This document shows positions 51,193 through 63,598 of a stretch of DNA of 64,000 nt, one piece after another; the first letter of the stretch is position 1, and each line of letters opens with the position of its first letter. The notes beneath the pieces are model-generated. The model did not search any database. It had not been told where the DNA came from and saw nothing but the letters and a program-made list of their open reading frames with translations. Position numbers and translations under genes: made by a program. The stretch comes from Octopus vulgaris (Eukaryota): NCBI GenBank assembly GCA_951406725.2, contig OX597816.1:167338001-167402000 (forward strand), in the 5' to 3' direction.

Positions 51193-52504
51193 TTAAGAAA
51201 ACTGGCACAGCTGGATAGGTTAAAAAAAAAAAAAAGCTCATTTTGTGAACACACAGTTTTGAGTTCAGTCCCGTTACACAACTCATTCGGTAAGTGTCTT
51301 CTACTATAACCCTAGGCCAATCTATGCCTTGTGAGTGAATTTGGTTGATGGGAACTGTGGATGCAGGCACTAAGTGTGTATGACTGTCCCCACCCACACA
51401 TCTTGACAGCCAGTGTGGATTCATTTTCTCATAACTTAGAAGTTTGGTAAAAGAATGACAGAGTAAGTAACAGACTTCAAGCAAAATAGGTACTGAAGCT
51501 GGTTTGTTCAATTAAACACTTCAATGTGGTGCTCCAGTATGGCCATGGTCCAATGACTGAAACAAGAAAAAATAGTTCCCAAAGGTGCAGTTGGCCCCAA
51601 GGCAGTAACTGACCTAATTCTTCTTCTACCCTATCATAGTCATCTGTTCAAACACGCTCACACACAGAGTAAATTCTGAATCCTGACTATAAATACATGC
51701 TTTTAGTTGCCGAATTAGATTATTCTTTTCCTAGATTTGATAAAGTAATCTGATAAAAGCTAAACAATAATGCTTATCAGACAACAATGAAATAATAAAT
51801 ATAAAACAATGCAGTTACTACACCACAAAGTCAGTTATGGCAAGCTCCAGCTTCTTTAGCCTGGCTGTGTGCTTTAAGTGAAAAACTCTTGTTTATATTT
51901 CACATTAAGTTAACAGAGTGGAAGCTGACAAGTCTGACCCTAATGTCATCAAGGACAATATCACTCCACAGAGTAGCACACTATTATTATTTATTGCTGA
52001 TGATATTGCTGAGTGAGTAAAGTGTGGGGGTGGAGCTATATTTCCTGTTGGGGGTTGGGTTGACAGCAAGTGCTTAACCCAAAGCTAGAAACCACAACAA
52101 TTGTAACATCCTCTTTGTTGCACGTGCACCACGGATGCACAAGCTCAAAGCCATATAAAAGCCCTCCACCACCACACATAGCAATATAACTACAGCAACA
52201 TCGCTAAATTTAATTACTACAGCAGGTCAATTAAATTATTCTTTGCAGCTAATTGTTAATATAGTTTTGCAAGGAAAATAAATTAATTGCAATAAAAACC
52301 AGCTGATGAATAATAGTTAAAACTGTTAAAGAAAGAAAGAAGGAAGGAAACAATTTTAAATAGCACTTTTCACCCAGTCTGTAGAATTTAAAGAGGACTT
52401 AAAAATATTTCATAGAAAGTGTAACTGGTAGAGACAAGAGCTGCCCACTTGGCAACTTGTGGCTTAATATAGTCTGCCATTGATATTGTGATATATCTGT
52501 TTGT

Positions 52505-52990
52505 TAAGTTTGCTGCTCAACCACATGGTTTCAGGTTCAGTCCCAGTGCATGGCACCTTGGGCAAGTAACTTCTACTATAGCCCCAGTGATTATGGGGAA
52601 AAGCATTTTTTGATTACATTGGCCCCAGTGTTCAAAAGGATGAAGGCAAAGTGAACCGTGACAGAATCTGAACTCAAGTGACTTCTACTATAGCATAGTG
52701 AATGGATTTGGTAGACAGAAACAAAGAAACCCCCATCTCACATGTGTGTGGAGGGTGTGTGGGTGGTGTGTGAGTGGTGTGGTATGTGTGTGGTGTATGG
52801 TTGGTGTGTGAGTGGGTGGTGTGTAAGTGGTGTGATGTGTAGGGGTGGCGTGTGGCACGCGTGGTGTGTTGTGCAGCATGTGTGTGTGCATGGTGTGTGT
52901 ATGCATGCATCCCACCACTGTTTGACAACTGGTGTTGGCGTATTTATGTCCCTATAACTTAGCATTCTAGCAAAACGGACTGATAGAGTA
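52505..52990 (+). mobile_element. SINE family B with foreign ~92-bp insert and expanded GT-rich tract
   Basis: Head and body recognisable; insert at 52583-52674; degenerate (GT/GGT)n at 52744-52900. Confidence 0.8.
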
Positions 52991-53412
52991 CCGCTCTACA
53001 CAGCCATGCTGGGGCACCATCTTGTTCTTTTAGTCGAATAAAATACCTGTTTTTCAAAGCCCGGTACTTTTTCTATCAGTATCTTTTGCCAAACAGCTAA
53101 GTAACAGAGATACACACACCAACATTGGTTGTCAAGCAGTGGTAAGAGACAAACACACACACACACACACATATACAGCAGGATTCTTTTAGTTTCCATC
53201 AGTCAAATCCACTCACAACACTTTGACATTTGCCCAAGGTGGCATGCAGTGGGACTGAACCCAGGACCATGTGATTGGGGAAGAAACTTCTTACCACACA
53301 GCCATGCCTGTGTCTGCTGTTGTGTCCACCATTCTGATTAGGCTGCCACTCTATTATTTTCAAATTCCATATCCGCTGTGCATTTTATCTTGGTAGGTTT
53401 CATATTATTTAG

Positions 53413-53584
53413 GCATGTAAATAGAAGGTTAGCTAAGCTGGAGAGTGATATCAATTTTGGTGTAGATAAACATCTTAGATTTGTTAAATGTTTTGAGTAT
53501 GGTGCAGTAAATCCAGAGTTATATAAGCTGCAGATAAAGCACACGGCTGAGGATATTCACAGAAATGAGGTGGTGGGATGGAAG
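53413..53584 (+). CDS. Candidate orphan internal exon, product unknown
   Basis: tttcatattatttag|G acceptor, AAG|gtgagg donor, 172 nt with one open frame; no recognisable homology. Confidence 0.2.
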
Positions 53585-53714
53585 GTGAGGAAAGGGTAGA
53601 GTTTAATCATGCTGATACAAGGGGAAAATTAAGCGAGAATTTATTATATTACCACTTTACACCTGTTTATTTTTATACTGCCATCAGTGAGAGGAGTTTT
53701 ATATATTCTTATAT

Positions 53715-54077
53715 TTTTGTTTTGGTCATTGTCCGCAGCCATGCTGGAGCACCACCTTTTCGTTGAAGGAATTGACCTCTGGACTTATTCTTTGTAAGCC
53801 TGGTACTTATTCTATCGGTCTCTTTTGCTGAACCTCTAAGCTACGGGGACATAAACACACCAAGCTCGATTGTTAAGGAGTGGTGGCAGGACAAACAGAC
53901 AAATACACAAACATATATATATGACAGGCTTCTTTCAGTTTCCATCTAACAAATCCACCCACAAGGCTTTGGTCGGCCCAAGGTTATAGAAGACACTTGC
54001 CCAAGGTACCATGCAGTGAAACTGAACCTGGAACCATACAGTTGAGAAGCAAGCTTCTTACCACACAGCCATGCCAC
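53715..54077 (-). mobile_element. SINE family B
   Basis: Homologous to 5940-6315. Confidence 0.85.
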
Positions 54078-54089
54078 ATTTGAGTGAAA

Positions 54090-54362
54090 ATGTGTGGTAT
54101 AGTGGTTAGCATATCTGGCTCATGACTGTAAGGTTGTGAGTTCAATTCCCAGTGGCATGTGTCCTTGAGCAAGACACTTTATTTCACACTGCTTCAGTCA
54201 ACTCAGCTGGCAAAAATTAGTTGTACACTGTGTCACACTGAATTTCCCTGAGAACTATGTTATGGTCACATGTGTCTGTGGAGTAACAGCCATTTGCACT
54301 TTAATTTCACGAGTAGGCAGTTCTGTTGATCAGATTAACTGGAACACTTATAACCAATGGAG
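54090..54362 (+). mobile_element. SINE family C
   Basis: TGGTATAGTGG and GAGTTCAATTCC boxes, family core. Confidence 0.85.
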
Positions 54363-55015
54363 TGAGTCAAAGCCATTTGAAATTACTGAAGTTTTCACAT
54401 AAAACATCATTCCTTTGATTGACTTCAATGGCATTCACACGATTACAAGCATTTGGACCAGGCTTTGGGACAGAGGGTAGAGGCCTCAACGCGACTCACT
54501 TCCCCACAGTATTTTATGTGATACCTCTGTTTATCAGGGCATATACACATAATGGAAGACTGCCACCAAATAGGACAGGGTCCTAGTTTCATGAATAATG
54601 CCTCAAGAGACTGTCTTAGTAACTAGCACATACCCCGATATATTCCTAACCCCTGTGGATATGACTGAGATCAATAAAATTTATTAATAATAAATAATGA
54701 TTTCAAATTTTTGCCACAAGGGCATCGCGGGGAGGGGATTAAGTCAATTACATTGACCCCAGTGCATAACTGGTACTTTATTTTATTGAAAGGCAAAGTT
54801 GACCTCGGTGAATTTGAACTCAGAGCGTAGCAACAGATGCTAACGATTCTACCAGCTCACCGCCTTAATAATAATAATTGTTGCAGATTTTGGCACAAGG
54901 TCAGCGATTATAGGGAAAAGCATTTTTTGATTACATTGGCCCCAGTGTTCAACTGGTACTTTATTGACCCCAAAAGGATTGTCAACTGTGACAGAATCTG
55001 AACTCAAAACATTAT

Positions 55016-55235
55016 CCCATTAGCATTCAGATTACGCTGTCAAATGCAATGTTTGTTTATCCACATTGTTTTGAATTTATCCGGCATTATCTTGTAGTTT
55101 CAAGATTTCAATGACGTGATTGTTTAGTTTTACAATGGCATTGTAGGGTTAGTGAGAGAGGCCAGATTTGGCTGGGTTGAACATGAAACAGGTAGAATAC
55201 CTTGGCCTAATATGGATGGTTTAAATACTAAAGGG
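55016..55235 (-). mobile_element. piggyBac-type MITE (221-bp family)
   Basis: ttat/TTAA flanks; CCCATTAGCATTC...ATACTAAAGGG. Confidence 0.85.
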
Positions 55236-55677
55236 TTAAAGAGCCAACAGAAATGCCATGAAACATTTGGACTTCTCAATTTTACAGGTTTAACCTCTAT
55301 AATAAACCATTATCTAATTCATGACTAACGGATTTTTATGATGAAAACTACTTGGTATTCAGTATAGAAACATAGTAGTAGTAGTAGTAGTAACTAGTAG
55401 CAGTAGTAGTAGTGTTTTCTTTCATGGCATGCAAAGAGAATGAAAGTCCTTCACCAAATTTAGATCAAATGTAAAGAGAATCCACTTGAGTTGCAACAGT
55501 TCGGATAATTGAAGGAGTTGTCGATTTGTTTTCTTAATCCTGATATATTTTTAACACTGTAATATTAGGTTCTAAAACTTAGAGAGCAATTAAAATGGTA
55601 TGCCAAAATTACATAATTTCTGCTTGTGCGTGTCTGTACATTATAAAAATGATGCATGTATTTATACACACACACAC

Positions 55678-55715
<38 letters not shown>

Positions 55716-57196
55716 TATAGATACATACATGGGTGTGCATGATTGTGTATAGAATATAGTACTCAAATTCCAACTTTGATTTTCACATTTTATTTACAAG
55801 TAAAAAGCACCCACTACACTCCCAGAGTGGTTGGCATTAGGAAGGGCATCCAATTGTAGAAACTTTGCCAAATCAGATTGGAGCCTGGTGCAGCTCCTGG
55901 CTTGCCAGTCCCCAGTCAAACAGTCCAACTTATGCCTGCATGGAAAGCATAGGTTACAATATCAAATGTCCATTCTGATTGAACTAGCACTTTCATGCAT
56001 TAAACTATGTAATCTTGAGGTTCATGTAGTAGTGGTGACAGTTACATTTTACAATTTACAACTGTGGCGAGATGGCTAAATTGTGTGCCTTAAATATAAA
56101 TATGTGTGTGTGTGTGTGTGTGTGTGTATACACACGCAAACATACAGATAATGTATGAGAGCTAGATATGCTTAGGATAGAAAACTTGCAGTGGTGCTTA
56201 AAGGAGTTGAACAAACTCTAAATACTTTATCCAGGACTAGGTCCACACCATCAAGAATGGCTTTAACAGAAATCCAGATGAGTTGATGTGGAGATAGTGA
56301 TGCAGATCAACGATTTCTTTTTTGTTTCAATCATTGGATCACAGCCACGCTGGAGCACTTCTGATCCCAGCATTTATTTTCATGTCTGGTATTTATTCTA
56401 TGGGTCTCTTTTGCCACACCACTAAATTATGGGAATGTAAACAAACCAGCACTGGTTGTGAAACTGGTGAGAAAAATATAAAGGCAGATATTAGCTGGAA
56501 ACGATGTTTCCAGCTGGTTAAACAACAATAACATTCGTCCAATCCAGGACTGCCACATTATGTTGGCAAATAGTTTTTACTTTAAAGTACTGTTAATGAA
56601 TATCTCTTTGAGAGATTTAGAAATAATGTTTATATATATATATATAATACACACGCACACATTTAGAGAGAGCATAAAAAATACAGATTACCAAGAAGAG
56701 AATACACATATATATAATGTATGTGTGTGTCTACTTCCTAACAGTTTTAGTCAACCTGAGCTTATAGAAGATAATTGCCCAAGATGCTGTGTAATGCAAA
56801 TTTCCTAACCACAAACTACAGCTGGTGAACTTGGATATATGAGAGCTTGAAACAAAAGCCGCCACTTCTTAATAGGTTTTTGGATTTGATACACTCCAGA
56901 CTACTTAAAATAGTACAGTGGTTTTGTTTGGTCTGATCAATTCATGCACCACTTGTACCAGTACCAGGTTTCTCAATGGCAACCCCCCCACACACACACA
57001 CCAAAAACTATTTCAAGACATGTAAAACTTTTAATGTAAAACTTTTAAAATACACAATCAAATGAAATCTAAAACAAGATTTTTCAAGTATCAACTGTTA
57101 AATATTTATATTTGGGTCCAAACACTTGTCCAGTTCAGCAATGTTAACACACGTGAGTATATGCATGTGAGCACGTGTGTGTGTGTGTGTGTGAGT

Positions 57197-57475
57197 TCAT
57201 CATTGTTTAACATCCACTTTCCATGCTGACATGGGTTGGATGGTTTGACTGGCAAGCTGGGAGGCTACATCGGGCTCGAATCTGATCTGGCAACATTTTT
57301 ACGGCTGGATGCCCTTTCCTAACGCCAACCACTCCATGAGTGTAGTGGGTTATTTTATGTGCTAGCAGCACAGCGGCCAGTCAGGTGGCACTGGCATTGA
57401 CCACACTCAAATGGTGCTTTTTACATGCCACCAGCATGGGAGCCAGTCCGGTAGCACTGGCATCAACCACGTTTA
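57197..57475 (-). mobile_element. Family D retroposon
   Basis: catcattgtttaacatcc...ggctggatgccctttcctaacgccaaccactcc. Confidence 0.8.
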
Positions 57476-57731
57476 AATGCTGTGTGTGTTTGTGTGTGTA
57501 TATACTGTGAAAATAATATAGGTAGAAAATTTAGAAAACTTTTCATACTGGTGGCTATTATGTGTAATGAAGTCAACAGACAACATATTTTCATATATAA
57601 TAGTGTACAAACAATTTACGTATTTATACACGGAAGAGGTGACCTTTGACAAGATACCTTACACGCTAGAAAGGGCAGTAAAAACCCAAACTACAAATAA
57701 CAGCAATTTCAAAGAGAATGAAAATAAAAAA

Positions 57732-57777
<46 letters not shown>

Positions 57778-58909
57778 GTGTGTGTGTGTGTGGTTAGGGA
57801 TCACAGTGAGCTGACTCAGTGCATTTAGACCTATTTGTCTTCAATGAGAAATTTTCTATGACAAAATTTAGTGATTAGCTTCCTTACAGGTTTGAATATG
57901 TCTAAAGCTTATTTGAACTGTTAACAAGTTTGTATTTACACACATCACTGCTTAGCGGTCACCTTATGTGTGTGTGTGTGTGTGTGTGTTAGTGGAAAAG
58001 AACATGTTGACGGAGAGAGAAGGATTGGGGGGAGAGAGAAGGGGGAGGGAGCAGTTCACCCAGCGACGAACTTCAGAAAGTACAATGTTAATCCTTTAGT
58101 TCCATAGACTTGGCAGTTTAGGAAATTATCTTAGATGTTAAAATATAATTAAATTTTAAAATATTTATTATTTATTGGCTAAACAGGCAAAATGACCATT
58201 CCTAAATACAATAAATTTAAAAAAAAAAAAAATTCTAAAATATATATTATTGCAATTTGAAAATAAACTAAAGGAATTTACTAGGAAACAAATTAGGTTT
58301 TCCAACTTTGGAAGCACAAAACTATTCATTCTTATTTTATTTATTATTTTTTTTTCTGAGGAAGTGGGGAGGAGGGCAATACTACAAATTGTATGAGATT
58401 CTACATAAATGTAAAGATGATATAAAAAGTGTCATGCATGTGAATGGTAACATTCTATCAATCCCCTGAAGTAGGGTGAAAGGCAAAAAAAAAAATAAAA
58501 TAAAATAAACCTCAATAAGATTCGGCCTTTGAAAGCCGAGACATTAAATACTTTATACAAAAATGAGCAAATAAAACTCAAACTGGACAGTGACAGGTTT
58601 TTGAACAACAAACACAGGTATATCAAATACCATTCAACAAATTTCTTGATTCATAAAAATTTGTCCATTTCTAAAAAATCTATCATAATTACCAAACAGT
58701 AATTGTGATCAGCCCCACCTGTAAAAGGGCAAATGTTGTAAAAGACAAGCTTATTGATTAGAGGTAAGAGAACAGTTGTGGACATGTGGGTTTGCCTCAA
58801 TATCCATCATCAGCATGACAACTGCTTGACCTTGTCTTCAGTAGGCAAGGGACATAGATGTACACAAAAAAAAGAGTAGAAGACATTTATGGCTGGGTAA
58901 TTTGCACAG

Positions 58910-59130
58910 GTAAAAAGACGGAAGTTCGTCTGATATGGTCACCTATCCAGCCACAAGCCTGGTGCAGAAACATTCTACATGGCACAATAGAGTGGGGGCA
59001 AAAGAGAGGCAGAGAAAATCCTGGTTTGACAACATCAAAGAGTGGACCGGTTACAACACTGCAAACCTGCTACACATGACAAAGAGTTGAGACCAGTGGT
59101 GACAGATGACTACAAAGGTGTCTTGAGGAC
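58910..59130 (+). mobile_element. Decayed RTE-clade LINE 3' fragment
   Basis: Across frameshifts and stops: VKRRKFV*YGHLS / NILHGTIEWGQKRGR / RKSWFDNIKEWTG / DQW, the typical RTE ORF C-terminus. Confidence 0.75.
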
Positions 59131-59813
59131 CAGCAGCATTAATAAAGGGATCTTGGTGATGATAAAGAAACGAAAATGAGCTAAGGGACGTAACTCGAAT
59201 TGGCCAGAGGCATGTGTGAATTCGAAGCAAGCAATTGCCTTTTTAAGTGTGGAAAATTTAGGTATGCTACATTCTATCACAAACAAACATGAAATAAATA
59301 ATACAGGCAGAAATAAAAGAAATAATTTGGTTGCTTTGAAAGGATTAAATGTTATTTTAAGTAGGAATTAATGAGCAGTTGATTTCTGACTAATCTATTA
59401 TGGATTAGCATAGAAACGGACATAGAGCAGAGTTTTAATATGTATAGCTGTCTGTATATATGAATCAGGTCAATAGGTTTTCAAACTCATGGTTGATTAT
59501 TTATAATAATAATTAGGAGTGTTATGATGGTGTCTGAAGAAATATTGATTTTGAATTTTTGGCACAAGGCCAGCAGTTTTGTAGGGAGGGAGATAGCCTA
59601 CATCAAGCCTTGTGCTCAACTGATATTTTATCAACCCTGAAAGGATGAAAGGCAAAGTTGAGTCCAGTGGCATCTGATATGTTAAATGATATGTTTCGTT
59701 TTGAATTTTTCTTTCAAAAACACCCAAAACCTTATCCAAAAGACGGCCATTCAAGTGCTGAGAAAATATTCCAGAATCCCTTCTTTGTCCACATCTTCAT
59801 AGACATTAACCTA

Positions 59814-60140
59814 CATCATCATCATCCAGTCTTTTTAAATCCAGGTTTTGTCCCCATTAACGGGGGTAGCTAGATCTACCTCAATGCCATAGCAACTGAG
59901 GCAGGCAGGTGCAGACCTTTGGGCTGGCTGGTACCCATTCTCTTTTGCTATTATGAGGCTTTTTTTGGAGGTGGATTTTCTACGGGGATGATGCCCTTGC
60001 TTACCCCCAATCTCAGTTCCTAGACATGAGTGGTCCTGAGACCAAAGCCTTTACCACGATTTTTATGAAATGTAGTGGAAAACTAGCTCAGGAAGGCAGG
60101 GACACTACTCCCTGAGACTCGTTTTGGAGCTCCCCTACCT
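59814..60140 (-). mobile_element. Unassigned retroposon fragment with (GAT)n tail
   Basis: catcatcatcatc tail, nearby cccc-attaac-gggg hairpin, internal ttttctacgg..gatgccctt motif shared with D/E tails. Confidence 0.4.
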
Positions 60141-60344
60141 AGATGTTAAAAAACCGAACTTCACAAGTTACATTTATCTCATCAGCTAAACAAGGCCTGC
60201 AAATGAGCAAAACCCCTTACTCTCATCATTCAACATTCACTTGCAAGTATTACAACGTATAAAGCTGTGCATATTTGTATTCATTTATGCTACAATGTAA
60301 GAGAGGAGTCACAAAGTGTACACAAATGAATGTATCTTTTATCA

Positions 60345-60722
60345 TTCACTTGTTTCAGTCATTTGACTGTGGCCATTCTGGGGCACTGCCTTGAAAAATT
60401 TTAGTTGAATGATTCATCTTCAGTACTTCTTTTTTTTTAAAGCTTGGCACTTAGTGTTCTTTTTTGCCAAGCTGCTAAGTTACAGGGACACAAACACACC
60501 AACACCAGTCGGGTGGTGGTGCAAATATAGACACAAAGACAGACACACACACACACAAACACACAATGGGCTTTCAGTTTCTGCCAGCCAAATCCACTCC
60601 CAAGGTTTTGGTCAGTCTGAGTTTATAGAAGAACACACTTGCCTAAGGTGCCATGCAGCGAGACTGAACCTGGAACCATGAGGTTAGGACGCAAACCTCT
60701 TCTAACCACATGGCCACTCCTG
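60345..60722 (-). mobile_element. SINE family B
   Basis: Homologous to 5940-6315. Confidence 0.85.
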
Positions 60723-61174
60723 TGGTTATTGATAATAAATGTCAGGAATGATAATTTATTGAATCAAAGCTTGAGTCAATGACATCCAGTTGACTTATAG
60801 ATAAGGACCTGATTGTCAAGGATTAGAATACACAAGACAATCTTACACATTACCTAATTCGCAGTGGCATTTCTGTTCATGTTTGGCTTTTGTTATTGTT
60901 TTAAATAATGTTAACAACAATAGAAAGCAAGGTAAACTGTTGACGTGAACTAAAGATTCAGGTGGCAGTGATGAAATATTAAGTTGCTATTCAAACAAGG
61001 TGTATAGAAGATTAATGATATAAATGTGCAGCGTCATTTAATATTTAGAGGTTCATAATAGTGTTAATCATATGTCATATGAAAGGAAATATTTTGGTTG
61101 TATGATTAATGAGTTAGAAGATATTTGTAATTAGAAAAATGGTACAAATTTTGAGATAGGAGTAATCAACTTAA

Positions 61175-61665
61175 CCCTTTACCATTCAGATTATTCTGTT
61201 AAATGCAGAGCTGTGGAGTCAAAACAAAAAAACTTTGATTCCGACTCCTGACTCCTCTATTGGCTCCTCTGACTCCTCTTTATGTAATTAAGTGATTGTG
61301 GTCTACACATCTCAAAGCATATGCATACGCTTGTACTTTGAGTAGGCCTATATGTTATAACTAGTTTATATTAAAGAGTAAAGACATTGTGAGTCAGTCA
61401 GATTTGGTATAGTTTTACCGACTGACTCCAGTTACCCCTTACCTGTTTCCGACTCCGACTCGACAGCCCTGGTTAAATGTAAAGCTTATTGATTCACATT
61501 GCTTTGAATTAACCATGAATTATCTTGTAGCTTCAAGTGCTTGATGATGCAGTAGCTTAATTTTAAAATGACATTGTAGGGTAAGTGTGAGGGGCTAGAC
61601 CTGACTGAGAACATAAAAAAGGTAGAATACTTTGGTTGGATATGGCTGGTTTAAATGCTGAAGGG
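61175..61665 (-). mobile_element. piggyBac-type MITE (221-bp family) interrupted by a hAT MITE
   Basis: TTAA-CCCTTTACCATTCAGATT...AATGCTGAAGGG-ttca; collinear with 22715-22932 once 61206-61479 is removed. Confidence 0.85.
61206..61471. mobile_element. hAT MITE with subterminal GACTCC repeats
   Basis: 8-bp TSD GTTAAATG (61198, 61472); TIRs CAGAGCTGTGGAGTC / CAGGGCTGTCGAGTC. Confidence 0.92.
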
Positions 61666-62548
61666 TTCATCACCATCATCATTTTAAAATCCACTGTTCT
61701 ATGCTTTGTATGGGTAAGTAGAATTTGTTGAGGCCTGAAATAAATTTGTTTTACAATTGTTTTTTCATGCCAGGTTTGGTTTTGATGTGAAGACTGAGGA
61801 AGATTTTAGTGGCTAGATTTGGTACCATCCATTACCTACTTTTCAAGTATGGGATTGTATTTTTTAAAAATTCCACTGATCTCGAAAAGCACAAAATTAA
61901 AGGACATTGTTCGCAAGGAATGTAAATATGTGACACAACCATTTTGTTCACACGATGTCATGCAAGGACACAAAAAAGAAACACACACACACAAAAGGGG
62001 CTTCTGTCAACCCAATACTATATTAGAAGACACTTGTCTAAGGTGCTGCAAAGTGGAACAGAACCCAAAGCCACGTGGTTGTAATATTTTGGGATGCGCT
62101 ATGGGTTTTATAGACAGGAAGTTAACCCTTGCCAGACATTGGCAGCGCATGACCGGAACTGGGGGAGGAAATAAATGGTGGTCTCCTGAAATGTATTGGG
62201 AGGAATCACTAACATGAGGTTCCCAGTGGTGCATCAAAATTTGGACATTAATATGCAACGTTCATTCTGGCATCTCTTTATCTACAGACAATATTAAGCT
62301 GGATAGCAGTCTAGTTGGTCATTACTCTGACATAAATCCACTCCTACCAGCAAAGAAGACATTTTACTGGTTACAAAGTGAACTCTGTATTTTAGTACTT
62401 AAAAAACTTAATTGACCAAACTTGAAAAGGTGAAAGAAAATCTTTTGTCACAAGTATGAATTGAACTCTTAACATTAAAACGAATACAGCTAGAGTACAA
62501 AAACAGAATGAGGTTAGCTGCATAAAAGGTGATTCAGCTATTTTCACC

Positions 62549-62938
62549 ATCTTTTACTTGTTTCAGTCATTAGACTGTGACCAAGCTGGGGTACTGCTTT
62601 GAAGAAATTTTAGTCAAATGTATCGAACCCCACTTATCTTTGATTTTCTTTTTAAGCCTGGTCCTTATTCTAGTGGTCTCTTTGGCCAAACCATTAAGTT
62701 ACAGGGACATAAGCACACCAGCACGGGCTGTCAAATGGTGGTGGTAACACAGACACACACATATACACACACACACACACATATTGGGCTTTCAGTTTCC
62801 ATCCACAAAATCCACTCACAAGGCTTTGGCCAGCCCAAGACTATAGAAGAGGACGCTTGCCCAAGATGCCACACAATGTGATTGAACCCGAAACCATGTG
62901 GTTGGGAAGTAAACTTCTTTCCACATGGCCACTCCTGC
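62549..62938 (-). mobile_element. SINE family B, full length
   Basis: Homologous to 60345-60722. Confidence 0.88.
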
Positions 62939-63598
62939 ACCGTAACAAGACAATTTACCAACCTTGAAAAAGCAAAAGAAAAGTTTTTGTCACCAGCAAG
63001 ATCCGAACACAAAACATCAAACAAAATAACTAACTACTGCAAGAAGAGAATGAGGTTAGCTGCATAAAAGGTGATTCAGCTATTTTCACTAGAGGGGTTT
63101 TGTATAATAGAAGAAAAAATAACTCACAGAAACAAGCTAAGAGACTCGAACAGTACAACAATATGCCAAGTCACTATACACACACACACACACACTCTGT
63201 ATCCAATATCAGTAAAGAATGAGTATATATTTCATTTTTAAACCTACTTCACTGAAAAACAATACATGCTATCAGTAACAAAATGTTTCACTTTTCTAGC
63301 TTCAGTTAAATGAACATGATGTTGATGGTGATGAACATCAGGCTATGGTTGGTTGGTTTGCAAGTTCATTACTCTTCCAGCAACTAAAAACTGCAGTAAG
63401 TTGAGATTTTTGATCATGACACAGTCAAAACGAGAACCTTTTCTCCTTTTGCACAACATTCAGCAGGACTTCTCAAATTGTGGTGAACCAATGTCAGAGT
63501 TTCAACTCTTCTAAATTGGCCAAATTCACAATTCAAAGGGCCATGTTCATCGTTTATCTTGTTTTTTATTAGACAGTGACCCTTCTGAAGCACCACCT

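Noticed and set aside
52298-52340. CTGATGA...GAAA hammerhead-like spacing (similar at 5084-5130)
   Set aside because: No stem I or stem III partner or cleavage triplet; expected by chance in AT-rich DNA
62120-62310. Possible ancient CR1 RT remnant (SGISLSTDNIKL resembling SLFADD.KL)
   Set aside because: Catalytic motif absent and neighbouring motifs need several frameshifts
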